From: Candidatus Latescibacterota bacterium
Lineage (GTDB): Bacteria > Latescibacterota > UBA2968 > GCA-2709665
Length of the DNA stretch: 64,000 nucleotides
Reading direction: 5' to 3'
NCBI GenBank assembly: GCA_965222075.1
Contig: OZ244937.1
Span: 4,640,001 to 4,704,000 of the forward strand
Part shown: positions 9,887 to 20,079 of the stretch, one piece after another
How positions within the stretch are numbered: position 1 is the first letter of the stretch
How the letters are laid out: each line of letters begins with the position of its first letter
Program-made: the position numbers and the translations under genes
Notes under the pieces: generated by a model
What the model was told of the DNA's origin: nothing
What the model saw: the letters and a program-made list of their open reading frames with translations, nothing else
The model's database searches: none

Positions 9887-11479
9887 ATGGTCGACCTGCT
9901 GATTCAGGGGGGGACGGTCGTTGACGGGACGGGCGGGCCTGCTTTTCAGGCCGATGTGGCGGTGAGAGGCGGACGGATTTTCGAGGTCGGATTGGTTGAG
10001 GTGCCGGAGGGCGTGCCGGTGCTGGATGCCCGGGGGCTTGTGGTGGCGCCGGGGTTTATCGATATTCACAGCCATTCGGATTTTACGCTGGTGGTCGATC
10101 CGCGGGCGGTGAGTTCGATTACGCAGGGTGTGACGCTCGAAGTGGTGGGCAACTGCGGGCACGGGTGCGCGCCCATCGGCGATCCGGAACTGGCCAGGAC
10201 GAATATTTACGGCTGCCAGAGGGGGCACGAGATCCGGTGGCGCACAGTGGCCGAATACTTGGATTGCCTGGAGGCAGGCGGGCCGGCGGTGAATGTGCTG
10301 ACCCTGGTGCCGAACGGCAATTTGCGCCTCGCCACAGCCGGGCTGGTGGACCGCCCCTCGACGCCGGATGAGTTGAAGCGGATGGAGCATCTGCTCACGC
10401 AGGGCCTGGAGGAGGGGGCGTTCGGGTTTTCCACGGGGCTGGAATACGGGCCGGAGCGGGCGTGCACGGAAGCGGAGGTCGTGGCGCTGTGCCAGGTCGC
10501 TGCCGATGCGGGCGGTTTGTATGCGACCCATACCCGCAACCGGGAGGGGGAGGCGCAGGAGAGCATCGCGGAGGCGATCCGCACCGGGGCCACTGCGGAT
10601 GTGCCGCTGCAGATTTCTCACATTTCCGTGGTCGCGCGGCTGGCCGAGGATGGGCGGTGGGCGGTTGAGAATGCCCTCGAGCAGGTGGACCGGGCGCGGG
10701 AGAAGGGGTTGGATGTGGGGTTTGACATGCATACGCGGCTGTTCGGGACGACCCATTTGAGCGCGGCGCTGCCGCCCTGGGCGCTGGAGGGAGGCCCGGG
10801 GGAGGTCGTTGCGCGGCTGGGGGACCCCGCCGTGCGCAGGGAGATGAAGGCCTGCCACAGCATTATTACCGCGCTGGCCCGGGACGGTTGGGACCGGATC
10901 GTCCTTTTTGATTGTCCCGCCCAGCGGGAGCTGTCCCAAAAGAGCATCGCCGAGATCGGTGAGCGGATGGGCGTGGAACCGCTGGAGGCGATTTATGACC
11001 TTCTGCTGGCTGGAATCGACGATCTGCATGGCCTGATGGTGATCGCCTTCAGCTACCGGGAGGAGGACATCCGGGTCGCTTTTGAGCATCCCGGCTGCAT
11101 GGTCGGCTCCGACGCCACGGCGCTGGCGACCGACGGGCCGCTTAAGAACAGCACTTTTCACGGCGCTTATACGTGGGCGGGCTGGTTTTACCGGCACTTT
11201 GTAAGGGATACCGCGACATTTAGCCCGGAGGAGGCCATCCGCAGGTTGACGTCGCTCCCGGCCGGCCGACTCGGGTTGAAGGACCGCGGGGTGATCCGTA
11301 AGGGTGCCTGGGGAGATCTGGCGATTTTCGATTCGGATCGGTTTGGCGAGCGGGGGACGACATTTGAGCCGAACCGGACGGCCAAGGGGATGGTTCATGT
11401 TGTGGTGAATGGGGCGGTCAGCTTGAAGGACGGAGCGTTGACCGGAAAACGCAATGGACAGGTATTACGGCGAGTATAG
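9887..11479 (+). CDS. N-acyl-D-amino-acid deacylase (D-aminoacylase), amidohydrolase superfamily
   Basis: GTVVDGTG, PGFIDIHSHSD, GNCG, STGLEY, HTRN, GSD. Confidence 0.9.
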   Translation: MVDLLIQGGTVVDGTGGPAFQADVAVRGGRIFEVGLVEVPEGVPVLDARGLVVAPGFIDIHSHSDFTLVVDPRAVSSITQGVTLEVVGNCGHGCAPIGDPELARTNIYGCQRGHEIRWRTVAEYLDCLEAGGPAVNVLTLVPNGNLRLATAGLVDRPSTPDELKRMEHLLTQGLEEGAFGFSTGLEYGPERACTEAEVVALCQVAADAGGLYATHTRNREGEAQESIAEAIRTGATADVPLQISHISVVARLAEDGRWAVENALEQVDRAREKGLDVGFDMHTRLFGTTHLSAALPPWALEGGPGEVVARLGDPAVRREMKACHSIITALARDGWDRIVLFDCPAQRELSQKSIAEIGERMGVEPLEAIYDLLLAGIDDLHGLMVIAFSYREEDIRVAFEHPGCMVGSDATALATDGPLKNSTFHGAYTWAGWFYRHFVRDTATFSPEEAIRRLTSLPAGRLGLKDRGVIRKGAWGDLAIFDSDRFGERGTTFEPNRTAKGMVHVVVNGAVSLKDGALTGKRNGQVLRRV

Positions 11480-11489
11480 GAGGTCCAAG

Positions 11490-12659
11490 ATGCTTCAAAA
11501 GGCTGATGCGGTGGTGATTGGAGGCGGGATTATGGGGGCCAGTGTCGCCCATTTCCTTGCGAGGAAAGGGATTGGCAAGGTTGCGCTGTTGGAGAAACGG
11601 ACGCTGGCCGCCGTGAGTACGGGGCACTCGGCGGCAGTGGTCAGGACATTCTACTCCAATCCACTGACGATCGAGCTTGCCAAGCGCGCGCTGGAGATGT
11701 TCGGCAATGATCAGGATGCCCTCGGCGGCGATTGCGGATTTCGAAGAATCGGGTATCTGTGTCTGCTGGGAGCGCACACCCGCGAGGCCGGACGGGAGGT
11801 GCTCAAGTGCCTGACGGCGCAACATGTGGATGCGAAGGAAGTTTCGCCCGATGAGGTCAGAGGGCTTCTGCCGCAGATCAGTCTGGACTCGGTGGTTGGA
11901 GGGATCTACGAACCGCAATCCGGATACGCCGATCCGGTGAAGACCACCCGGAGCCTGGTGGAAGGTGCGAAGAGATGGGGCCTGGATGCATACGAGGGGG
12001 CGGCGGTGGTGGGCATTCGGCTGGAAGGCAATCGCGTTGCGGGGGTTGAGACCGAACAGGGAATGATCCAGACCCGGGTGGCGGTGAATGCAGCCGGTCC
12101 CTGGGGCCGTCATCTGGGGCTGTCGGCCGGGTTGAACTATTCCATAAGGTGGAGCCGGGAATGCGACATGGTGCTTCGCCTCCCGTCCGATTTCGGGACG
12201 TTTCCGCTCATCTCGGATACGAACCTCCGGGTTTATTTCAGACCGGAGGGCGATCATGAGGTCCTGATAGGTCTGGGGTGGCCCAAGGAGGTCGAGCCGC
12301 TGGATATCGATACCTACGATCCCAAACTGGGTGCCGCAACCCGGGAACGCATCGAACAGGGGATGTTCCAGCGGGTGCCGGCGCTTCGGGAGGCGGACTA
12401 CGTGAGGGGATGGACGTCTCTGTATACGATTACGGATGACTGGCATCCGGTGGTGGGACCGGAGCCTGAATTGGAGGGATACTATGCCTGCTTCGGTGGC
12501 AGCGGACACGGGTTCAAGCTGGGACCGTCGCTGGGAGAGGCGTTGAGCGATGTGATTTTGGGCAATACGCCAGAGATTGACATTCACGCGTTTCGTCCAG
12601 GCAGGTTTATGGAAGGAGAGAGTTTTTCCTCGGTGTGGGGAGGGGGGAACAGGGCATAG
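11490..12659 (+). CDS. FAD-dependent oxidoreductase (DAO/sarcosine oxidase beta-like)
   Basis: VIGGGIMG, VNAAGPW, GGSGHGFKLGP; ATG at 11490 with AGGAGG RBS. Confidence 0.85.
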   Translation: MLQKADAVVIGGGIMGASVAHFLARKGIGKVALLEKRTLAAVSTGHSAAVVRTFYSNPLTIELAKRALEMFGNDQDALGGDCGFRRIGYLCLLGAHTREAGREVLKCLTAQHVDAKEVSPDEVRGLLPQISLDSVVGGIYEPQSGYADPVKTTRSLVEGAKRWGLDAYEGAAVVGIRLEGNRVAGVETEQGMIQTRVAVNAAGPWGRHLGLSAGLNYSIRWSRECDMVLRLPSDFGTFPLISDTNLRVYFRPEGDHEVLIGLGWPKEVEPLDIDTYDPKLGAATRERIEQGMFQRVPALREADYVRGWTSLYTITDDWHPVVGPEPELEGYYACFGGSGHGFKLGPSLGEALSDVILGNTPEIDIHAFRPGRFMEGESFSSVWGGGNRA

Positions 12660-12660
12660 G

Positions 12661-12780
12661 GACCCTTCCCACAGCCCCTCTCCGACACGGGGAGGGGAGA
12701 AAACTGTGCCTATAACAAACTCTGGCAGAATAAGTTACTCCTCCCCTCCCTCTCGGGGAAGGGAGGCCTGGGGGTTAGGT
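12661..12780. repeat. REP-like pair of GC-rich hairpins
   Basis: CCCCTCTCC...GGGGAGGGG (about 12676-12698) and CTCCCCTCCC...GGGAAGGGAG (about 12741-12765) in the intergenic gap. Confidence 0.5.
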
Positions 12781-12783
12781 AAA

Positions 12784-14691
12784 ATGACAGGTTCGGAACC
12801 AGAATATGGAATTGTCGTGGCCAAGGATGTGATGGTGTCCATGCGCGATGGGGTGCGGCTGGCTACCGATGTTTACCGGCCTGCGGTTGACGGGGAACCG
12901 GTGGCTGGCAGATTTCCGGCGATTCTGGGGCGGACGTCGTACGATAAGAGCAGTCCGCAGATGTGGGTTGAGCCGGTGGGGGTGTTTTTTGCCAGGCGGG
13001 GATATGTGGCGGTGATTCAGGATCTGCGCGGCCGGCACCGGTCAGAAGGTACGGGGCAGTACTTTCATACGGCCAATCCGGGTGAGGGACGGGACGGCTA
13101 CGATACGGTGGCGTGGATTGCGGAACAGCCCTGGTCGAACGGGCGGGTGGGCACGGTGGGGAGTTCACACGGGGCGATCGTGCAGGCGGTGATGGCGCTG
13201 TACCGGCCGCCGCATCTGACGGCGATGTGGCAGGATGTGGGGCCGACCAATATGTACGCGCACTGCTCCCGGGAGGGGGGCGCGATGGGGCTTCACATGT
13301 TCGCGGCTCTGTTCTTGCACGGGCACGATGCCCAGGAGATCCGGGATGACCCGGCAGCCGTGCAGTCGTTTGTGGATGCGATGGAGCGGATGCGGGAACT
13401 GGTTTATTCCACGCCGTTCAAGCCGGGGAATACGCCATTGTCCCTGGTGCCCAATCTGGAGAAGGTGCTTTTCGATTATTACTATCGCGGCGAGTACGAT
13501 GCGTTCTGGCAACAGGACTGCTGCGATCAGGAGCGCTACTTCGACCGGCACGGCGATATCCCTTCGGTGTTCAGCGGCGGCTGGTACGATCCGTTCGCAG
13601 GCGCTACGACGAATTATTTCGCGGCGATGTCGAAACAGAACCGGACGCCCCAGCGGTTGCTGATGGGCCCCTGGAACCACGGGGGTATACGCGGACAGGG
13701 ATGTTCTTTTGCGGGCGATGTGGATTTCGGTCCTGACTCGGCGTGGGGAGACGAGGTGTACAACGAGGAGCGGTTGCGCTGGTTCGACCACTGGCTGAAG
13801 GATGTTTCCGACGGTGTGGGGGAAGATCCCCCGGTGCGTATTTTTGTGATGGGAGGGGGAGATGGTCGGCGCAACCGGGAGGGTCGTTTGAACCACGGCG
13901 GCGTGTGGCGTTCGGAGCAAGAGTGGCCCCTGGCCCGCACGGAGTACACGGCGTATTACTTCCACAGCGGCGGCCAACTGAGTCCGGAGACTCCGGGTGA
14001 GGGCGAAGCGCCGGAGCGGTATCGGCACGATCCGGACCATCCGGTGCCCACGGTCGCGGGGCATGTGACCGGCTTTTACGAGATGGTGCCGCTTGGGGAA
14101 GGGATGGCCGCGAGGTACACGCCGCCCAGGGCGCGGATGCGCAGCATTGTTCTGGACGGCGCAGCCCATCAGCAGGAGGCGTCGGGTATTGTGGGTGCCG
14201 GGCCGCCGTATTTGCCCCTGGCATCCCGGGCGGATGTGCTCGTTTTTCAGACGGCTCCGCTGGAAGAGGATGTGGAGGTGACCGGGCCGATGGTGGTGAA
14301 TCTTCGGATCTCATCCTCGGCCGTGGACACGGACTTTACGGCGAAGCTGATTGACGTCTATCCTCCAAACGAGGACTATCCGTCGGGCTATCACATGAAT
14401 CTGGTCGACTCCATTATCCGCACGCGCTACCGGAACGGGTGGGAGGCGGCCGAGATGATGACGCCCGGCGAGGTGTATCCCGTCCGGATCAATCTGCCGC
14501 CGACCAGCAATTTGTTCAAGGGCGGTCATCGGATCCGGGTGGATATCTCCAGCAGCAATTTCCCCCGATTCGATGTGAATCCGAATACCGGCGAGCCGAT
14601 GGGACGGCACACCCATACCGTTGTGGCCCACAATACGGTGTACGTGGACCGTGCGCAGCCTTCGCATATTGTGCTGCCGATTATTCCGTAG
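12784..14691 (+). CDS. CocE/NonD family hydrolase, second paralogue
   Basis: SMRDGVRLATDVYRP, QDLRGR, GSSHG nucleophile variant, GPWNHG, SSSNFPRFDVN. Confidence 0.9.
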   Translation: MTGSEPEYGIVVAKDVMVSMRDGVRLATDVYRPAVDGEPVAGRFPAILGRTSYDKSSPQMWVEPVGVFFARRGYVAVIQDLRGRHRSEGTGQYFHTANPGEGRDGYDTVAWIAEQPWSNGRVGTVGSSHGAIVQAVMALYRPPHLTAMWQDVGPTNMYAHCSREGGAMGLHMFAALFLHGHDAQEIRDDPAAVQSFVDAMERMRELVYSTPFKPGNTPLSLVPNLEKVLFDYYYRGEYDAFWQQDCCDQERYFDRHGDIPSVFSGGWYDPFAGATTNYFAAMSKQNRTPQRLLMGPWNHGGIRGQGCSFAGDVDFGPDSAWGDEVYNEERLRWFDHWLKDVSDGVGEDPPVRIFVMGGGDGRRNREGRLNHGGVWRSEQEWPLARTEYTAYYFHSGGQLSPETPGEGEAPERYRHDPDHPVPTVAGHVTGFYEMVPLGEGMAARYTPPRARMRSIVLDGAAHQQEASGIVGAGPPYLPLASRADVLVFQTAPLEEDVEVTGPMVVNLRISSSAVDTDFTAKLIDVYPPNEDYPSGYHMNLVDSIIRTRYRNGWEAAEMMTPGEVYPVRINLPPTSNLFKGGHRIRVDISSSNFPRFDVNPNTGEPMGRHTHTVVAHNTVYVDRAQPSHIVLPIIP

Positions 14692-14764
14692 ATTCAAGGA
14701 ATGTAAGACAGAGGGCCACGAACATGGCCGTTCCCACAGGCCGGATACGGTGGTCGTTTGATTT

Positions 14765-15505
14765 ATGAAGGGGAGCCGCATGAAACTGAGTGAAGACCAG
14801 ATGCAGCAGTATCGGGATGAGGGATATACCGTGGTGCGCGGGCTGATTACGGCAGAAGAGGCAGGAGGGGTGCGGGACCGATTGGTGGGGTTGATGGAAG
14901 GGGATCACGATTGGCCCGATCTGCATTTCCAGGTACTCGATCCATCAAAGTTTCGCAATAAGCAGGGCGGATTCGTGCCGGTTGGCGTGCAGCGGCCGGC
15001 CAGGCAGGAGGCGGTTTTTAAAGATGTTGCGGATCATCCGAACCTGCAAAGCGCGATGTCGCAACTGCTAAGAGGGCCGGTCAAGCGGTTGACGGATCAG
15101 GCGCTGATCAAAAGTCCGGGGATTAGCGGGGAGTCGTTTTACCATCAGGATTCGTATTACTGGAAGGTAGAGCCCCAAAAGGGCTGCAACGCCTGGATCG
15201 CGCTGGACGAGGTGGGAGAAGGGGCAAGCGCGCTTGCGATTATGCCGGGCACACACAAGGACTGGACGCTGATTGAGCACGAGCGGTATTTCGACGAGCC
15301 CAACTACTACAGCGCCCAGACGGGGGAGGCGTTTCAGCGCTGGCGCGTTCCACTGGACGAAATCGATTTTTCCGGGGAGGCGCTGCTGCCGATGTCGGTG
15401 GGAGACGCGGCGTTTTTCACCAATTATACCTGGCACCGATCCGAGCCGAATACGACGGAGAGCCACAAGGCCGCTTATGCGATTGCGTACTGGCTGGAGG
15501 AGTAA
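14765..15505 (+). CDS. Phytanoyl-CoA dioxygenase (PhyH) family Fe/2OG enzyme
   Basis: YRDEGY, HQD iron motif, NAWIALD, PGTH, WHRSEPN. Confidence 0.85.
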   Translation: MKGSRMKLSEDQMQQYRDEGYTVVRGLITAEEAGGVRDRLVGLMEGDHDWPDLHFQVLDPSKFRNKQGGFVPVGVQRPARQEAVFKDVADHPNLQSAMSQLLRGPVKRLTDQALIKSPGISGESFYHQDSYYWKVEPQKGCNAWIALDEVGEGASALAIMPGTHKDWTLIEHERYFDEPNYYSAQTGEAFQRWRVPLDEIDFSGEALLPMSVGDAAFFTNYTWHRSEPNTTESHKAAYAIAYWLEE

Positions 15506-15624
15506 TGTGCAGGTGGACTATTTGCTGCCGGTGTCGCGGGTGTCTGGAGACCCCTGTCGAGGCGATTTCGGACCGGATCGGCGAGATCAGGATCTGATTG
15601 TTCGCGTTCACAAGGAGGGAGCGT

Positions 15625-16413
15625 ATGCGTCTTCTGGTGATCAATCCCTTTGGGGATACGGAGTTCTACGGTCGGGAGAATCTGGAACGCATCGCGCGTC
15701 CGGACACCGACTTCGATATGGTCAATATTTCGGATATGTACCCGCTGCGCAACAACCAGTGGCTCTACTTCCGGTATATGTGCACGGACGGTACGCTGGA
15801 AAAGGCGCTTTGGGCAGAGCAGGAGGGCTACGATGCGATTTTCATCTCCTGCTGCTTAGACATCGGCCTCTACGAGGCGCGACAACTGGTGGATATCCCC
15901 GTGACCGCCACGCTGGAGTCGGCTGCCCTGGTCGCGCATATGATGGGCGCGAGCTATTCACTGGTTCCGGTGGACTATCAAAACGGGAAGATCCAGGAGA
16001 TGCTGTTGACCACCTACGGACTGCACGATCACTTTGTTTCGCTGCGTCCGTTCCACATCGACGCCAACGACCTCTATCCGGACCAGACGCAGTCCCCGCA
16101 GGTTGTTGAGGCCGTGACGGAGGCCGCCCGCGCATGTGTGCAGCAGGACGGGGCCGAGGTGGTGATTCCGGGGTGTACGCTGGCGAGTTCCGTGCTGACC
16201 CACGAGGTGTCCGATGCAGAATCCGCTGTGGGCGCTCCCGTGGTGGACGGTATGGTGACCGGGTTCAAGATGGCGGAGATGATGGCCGAGCTCCATGCGG
16301 CGGGTGTTCCCACCATCAGCCGTCGGGGCTGGTTTGAAAAGCCCCCGGCAGAGGATTTTGCCGCTCTGCGCAATTTTCTGGGGCGGCCGGTATTGGATAA
16401 AACCGAGGTTTGA
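15625..16413 (+). CDS. Asp/Glu/hydantoin racemase family protein
   Basis: MRLLVINP, ISCCLD, DGAEVVIPGCT, PVVDG; AAGGAGG RBS. Confidence 0.85.
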   Translation: MRLLVINPFGDTEFYGRENLERIARPDTDFDMVNISDMYPLRNNQWLYFRYMCTDGTLEKALWAEQEGYDAIFISCCLDIGLYEARQLVDIPVTATLESAALVAHMMGASYSLVPVDYQNGKIQEMLLTTYGLHDHFVSLRPFHIDANDLYPDQTQSPQVVEAVTEAARACVQQDGAEVVIPGCTLASSVLTHEVSDAESAVGAPVVDGMVTGFKMAEMMAELHAAGVPTISRRGWFEKPPAEDFAALRNFLGRPVLDKTEV

Positions 16414-16448
16414 TCAAACGGGTCGATACCAGGAAAAGGAGGGGTTAG

Positions 16449-17345
16449 ATGGCCGAACTCACGCACAATGCCGAGACGGATTCGTTCGATTTTGAGACAG
16501 AGGAGATGGCGGGCAGCATTCAGGCCGGGGGGGCTTATCACGGGGTTTCTCAGCTGGTTGACAAGCGCACGGGGCGGCAGGTGATCCATCCGGACTATTC
16601 CGCGCTGAACCTGTTTCGGCTCTTTGCGGTCCACCAGGGGATGGACCAGCCCCGGACGATGGAACGCACGATAGAGGTCCAGGCGGATGCCGTAGAGGTG
16701 CACTGGGCGGCGACGAACGCGCACCAGGGGGAACTGACTGCCCGGTACGAGGTGACGGCACCGAATTGTGTCGATCTGACGGTCAGACTGCGGTGTGAGG
16801 GGACGTATGCGGGCTACGAGTTGTTTTTGTCGAACTATTTTGACAAGGTGTTTCGCCCACACGTGTATTTGCAAAGGGACCGATACGGAGGGCAGCAGGG
16901 AGAGCCGGAGCTGGTTGTGCCGATGGTGAACGATGTGTTTCGGGGAACGCTGCCGGTGTTTGCCCGGGATCCGCACGCCGCACGCCGGTGCGTGGACGGG
17001 CGGTGGAACCGCAGCGAGTGGAATTCTCCGACGGTGCAGATGTGTCCGGTGCGCTATTATGCGTATCCCCTGGCTTTTATGACGGACCCGGAAAACCGGC
17101 TGGGGGTGATGCTGATGTCCCTGCCTCAGCACTGCTATGCGATCAGCACACGCTACCACGTGGAGGATGAAGCCGACCGGATGACCGATTACAGCGCGTT
17201 CGATTTTTCGCTGTTTGGAGACGATCTGGTTCCGGGAGACGAGTGCACGGTGAAGGTACGGCTGGCGCTGACGCCGGTTGATGACAGTCTGGCTCAACCC
17301 CTTGCGTGTTACCAGGCGTTTGCGGTCGAAGGCGACAGGTCGTAA
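16449..17345 (+). CDS. Hypothetical protein
   Basis: 298-aa ORF with AGGAGG RBS and codon style matching its neighbours. Confidence 0.75.
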   Translation: MAELTHNAETDSFDFETEEMAGSIQAGGAYHGVSQLVDKRTGRQVIHPDYSALNLFRLFAVHQGMDQPRTMERTIEVQADAVEVHWAATNAHQGELTARYEVTAPNCVDLTVRLRCEGTYAGYELFLSNYFDKVFRPHVYLQRDRYGGQQGEPELVVPMVNDVFRGTLPVFARDPHAARRCVDGRWNRSEWNSPTVQMCPVRYYAYPLAFMTDPENRLGVMLMSLPQHCYAISTRYHVEDEADRMTDYSAFDFSLFGDDLVPGDECTVKVRLALTPVDDSLAQPLACYQAFAVEGDRS

Positions 17346-17368
17346 AGAAACTGCTCGAACCGGACGAT

Positions 17369-17394
17369 CCCCGGCCAAAGGCCGGGGCTTTTCT
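17369..17394 (+). terminator. Rho-independent terminator
   Basis: CCCCGGCC-AAA-GGCCGGGG followed by CTTTTCT. Confidence 0.6.
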
Positions 17395-17547
17395 CCCGAT
17401 TCGTGGTTCCTCGCGATTTCTAAAGTCCTACACCGCTTCTTGAACATCTGATGGTGTGGTGGACTGGCACTCTATCCACTATAATCCCGGAACAAGCATA
17501 ATCCTTTGGTGTACCATGATCAAGACTTAAAGAAGGAGAAACTGTTC

Positions 17548-18714
17548 ATGAAAATCACCAGAGTAGAACCCATCTTACTCACCGTCGACATGCCGGAGAA
17601 ATACCCCCTGCGATGGTCCGGAGGGGAAGCCGCCAGCATCAACTGCGCCCTGGTGCGTGTGCATACCGACGAGGGCGTCACCGGCCTGGGGGACTGCTAC
17701 GGAAGCGGATTTGTCGCCGGTGAAGCGACGGCCGAGCTCTTCCGCCTGTTCGGCATGTTCCTCCAGGGCAAAGACCCCCGCGACGTCGCCGGATGTTACG
17801 AAACCATGTACCGCCGCATCCTCTATTGGGGAAGGTCCGGACTGGCCGTGGCGGCGGCCAGCGCAGTTGAGAACGCCCTGTGGGACATTGCCGGAAAGGC
17901 CGTGGACCAGCCGACCTACCGCCTGCTGGGTGGACTGTGTCACGAGAAACTCTCCGTCTACGCCAGCGGCGGCCTGGAGCAGCCCTTAGTGGACCTGAAG
18001 GCAGAAATGAAGGCGCACCTGGCACGGGGGTTCAAAGCCGTAAAAATGCGCATCGGCGTAAACCTGAGACACGACCTGAAACGGGTCGCCGCCTGCCGTG
18101 ACGTCCTGGGACCGGACGTGAAGCTCATGGCCGACGCCGTCATGGGACACAACCCGGCCCCCTGGTCGGCTGCCGAAGCGATCCGGGTGGCGAAGGCCCT
18201 GGAACCCTACGACCTGTTCTGGCTGGAAGAACCCTGCTTTGCCGCGGACTACGACGGCTACGCCCACGTCCGCCGAAGCACCAGCATCCCCATCTCCGGC
18301 GGGGAGAGCGCCTGCATGCGCTACGAGTTCAAACACTTCTTCGACCGCCAGGCGCTCGATATCGTCCAGCCGGACGCCTGCCAGGCGGGCGGCATCCTGG
18401 AATGCCAGAAGGTCGCGGCCATGGCCGATGCCTGCGGCGTCAAAGTCGCCCCCCACGCCTGGGGGACCTCCATCACCGTCGCTGCCAACCTGGCGTGGGC
18501 ATTCGTCACGCCCAACATTGTCCTGGCCGAGTATCCCACCTGGCACTTCCCTCTCACGGACGAACTTTTTATCGAAAAACCTCGAATCGAAGCGGGCTGT
18601 ATTTATCCCCCCACAACGCCCGGACTGGGTGTAGACCTGTCCGGGGAACTCGAAGAAAAATACCGCTATCGGCCGGACGCCCCCAGGCTGAACATGCGGC
18701 GGGAAACGGAATAA
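17548..18714 (+). CDS. Mandelate racemase/muconate lactonizing enzyme (enolase superfamily)
   Basis: ENALWDIAGKA, KAVKMR, WLEEP, GGES, QPD, APH; AAGGAG RBS. Confidence 0.9.
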   Translation: MKITRVEPILLTVDMPEKYPLRWSGGEAASINCALVRVHTDEGVTGLGDCYGSGFVAGEATAELFRLFGMFLQGKDPRDVAGCYETMYRRILYWGRSGLAVAAASAVENALWDIAGKAVDQPTYRLLGGLCHEKLSVYASGGLEQPLVDLKAEMKAHLARGFKAVKMRIGVNLRHDLKRVAACRDVLGPDVKLMADAVMGHNPAPWSAAEAIRVAKALEPYDLFWLEEPCFAADYDGYAHVRRSTSIPISGGESACMRYEFKHFFDRQALDIVQPDACQAGGILECQKVAAMADACGVKVAPHAWGTSITVAANLAWAFVTPNIVLAEYPTWHFPLTDELFIEKPRIEAGCIYPPTTPGLGVDLSGELEEKYRYRPDAPRLNMRRETE

Positions 18715-18790
18715 TCCCGCTTGCGGCCTGCATGGAGGCGCACCCAGCTCACCGACCGGACCGGAACTCCGATATCGCGAATTCAAGAAC

Positions 18791-20020
18791 TCAGTCGAAT
18801 ACCCCCTCACCCTTCATAACCTCAAGCGCCTCTCCCATCGCGCCCACTGTCTTCTCGATATCCGCCTCCGAGTGAGAGAAGCTCGTATAGCACACCGAGT
18901 AGATTATCACCCCCCGCTTCAACACCTCTGCATTGAAGCGGAGAAAGAGGTCGGCGTTGCGCTCCCGGTCCGGGTGGGAAAACGTCAGTTGTCCTACCGG
19001 CGGCGTCCCCCGAAACCCGGCCGGGACACTCAGGCGCTCGCAGTGCGCCTTGAACCCCTCGTGAAGCTGTTGCCCCCGCGCCCAGAGCGTTCCGATCACA
19101 TCCTCCTGCTCATAGACCTCCAGCACCGCCTGCGCCGCCGCCAGCCCCAGGGTATCCCCGCCGAACGTCGAGGAAACCACGGCCTCTTTCACCGTCTCCA
19201 TCACCTCTGCGCGTCCCACAAAGCAGGAAAGCGGCATTCCGTTGGAAATCCCTTTGGCGAAAACCGCCAAGTCGGGCGTCACACCAAAATACTCCTGTCC
19301 CCCGCCCCGCCTCAGGCGGAACCCCATCACGATCTCGTCGAAAATCAACACCGCGCCGTGCTTCTTCGTCAGCCCCCGCAAATCGGCCAAAAAGGTGTGT
19401 CCCTTTTCAATATCCGCATACCCGCAGGCCACGCTAACCCCTGCGATCCCTTCAGGAGCAGTCTCAAACGCCTCCGCATAAGGCCCCACATCTCCCCAGG
19501 GCAATGCCCGGTAGGTCTCCCGGGTCGCCTCCGGCACCCCGGCGCGAGACATCGTATTCACCCAGCCGTGGTACCCGCTGGTCAGAATCAGATCCCGCCC
19601 GGTAAACGCCCGGGCCAGCCGATGCGTCGCCGCCATCGCCTCCCCGCCCGTCTTCAAAAACCGGACGCGTTCCGCGCAGGGAATCACCTCCACCAGACGC
19701 TCGGCCACCTCCACCTCCAGCGGGTGGGAATAGCTGAAAATCATCCCCCTCTCCATCTGCCGGCGCACCGCCTCATCCACCGCCGGAAACCGGTAGCCCA
19801 GCGAAATCGGTCCCAGCCCGTTTCGGTAATCGATATACTCGTTCCCGTCTAAGTCCCACACCCGGCACCCCTCTCCCCGGACCAGATAACACGGCTCCAC
19901 CCCTCTCAGCGCCTCCCTCGCCGCCTTGGAATGGGTCTGCGTCGCTAAGGGAATCACCCCCTCTGCCCGATCGCGTAGCGCCCACGATCGCTCCACTGAT
20001 CGTTCCACCGTCGTCGCCAT
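18791..20020 (-). CDS. Class III PLP aminotransferase (glutamate-1-semialdehyde aminomutase-like)
   Basis: WDLDGNEYID, KTGGEA, YHG, FDEIVMGFR, FAKGISNG, STFGG. Confidence 0.85.
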   Translation of the reverse strand: MATTVERSVERSWALRDRAEGVIPLATQTHSKAAREALRGVEPCYLVRGEGCRVWDLDGNEYIDYRNGLGPISLGYRFPAVDEAVRRQMERGMIFSYSHPLEVEVAERLVEVIPCAERVRFLKTGGEAMAATHRLARAFTGRDLILTSGYHGWVNTMSRAGVPEATRETYRALPWGDVGPYAEAFETAPEGIAGVSVACGYADIEKGHTFLADLRGLTKKHGAVLIFDEIVMGFRLRRGGGQEYFGVTPDLAVFAKGISNGMPLSCFVGRAEVMETVKEAVVSSTFGGDTLGLAAAQAVLEVYEQEDVIGTLWARGQQLHEGFKAHCERLSVPAGFRGTPPVGQLTFSHPDRERNADLFLRFNAEVLKRGVIIYSVCYTSFSHSEADIEKTVGAMGEALEVMKGEGVFD

Positions 20021-20079
20021 TATTCTACCCTCCTCTATCTTATAGCGGATTTAAAATGCATTTCGCAATCCGAAATTGA

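Noticed and set aside
9746-11398. Long antisense ORFs (also 2315-3688, 28106-29674, 29611-31209, 42613-44430, 62630-63916)
   Set aside because: Shadow ORFs typical of high-GC DNA, opposite well-supported genes and without motifs
12577-12783. N-terminal extension of the second CocE ORF
   Set aside because: Overlaps the upstream gene and reads through a REP-like hairpin pair
17490-17520. Possible dif site at the skew switch (AAGCATAATCC)
   Set aside because: Only a partial XerC-like half; no TTATGTTAAAT-like XerD half
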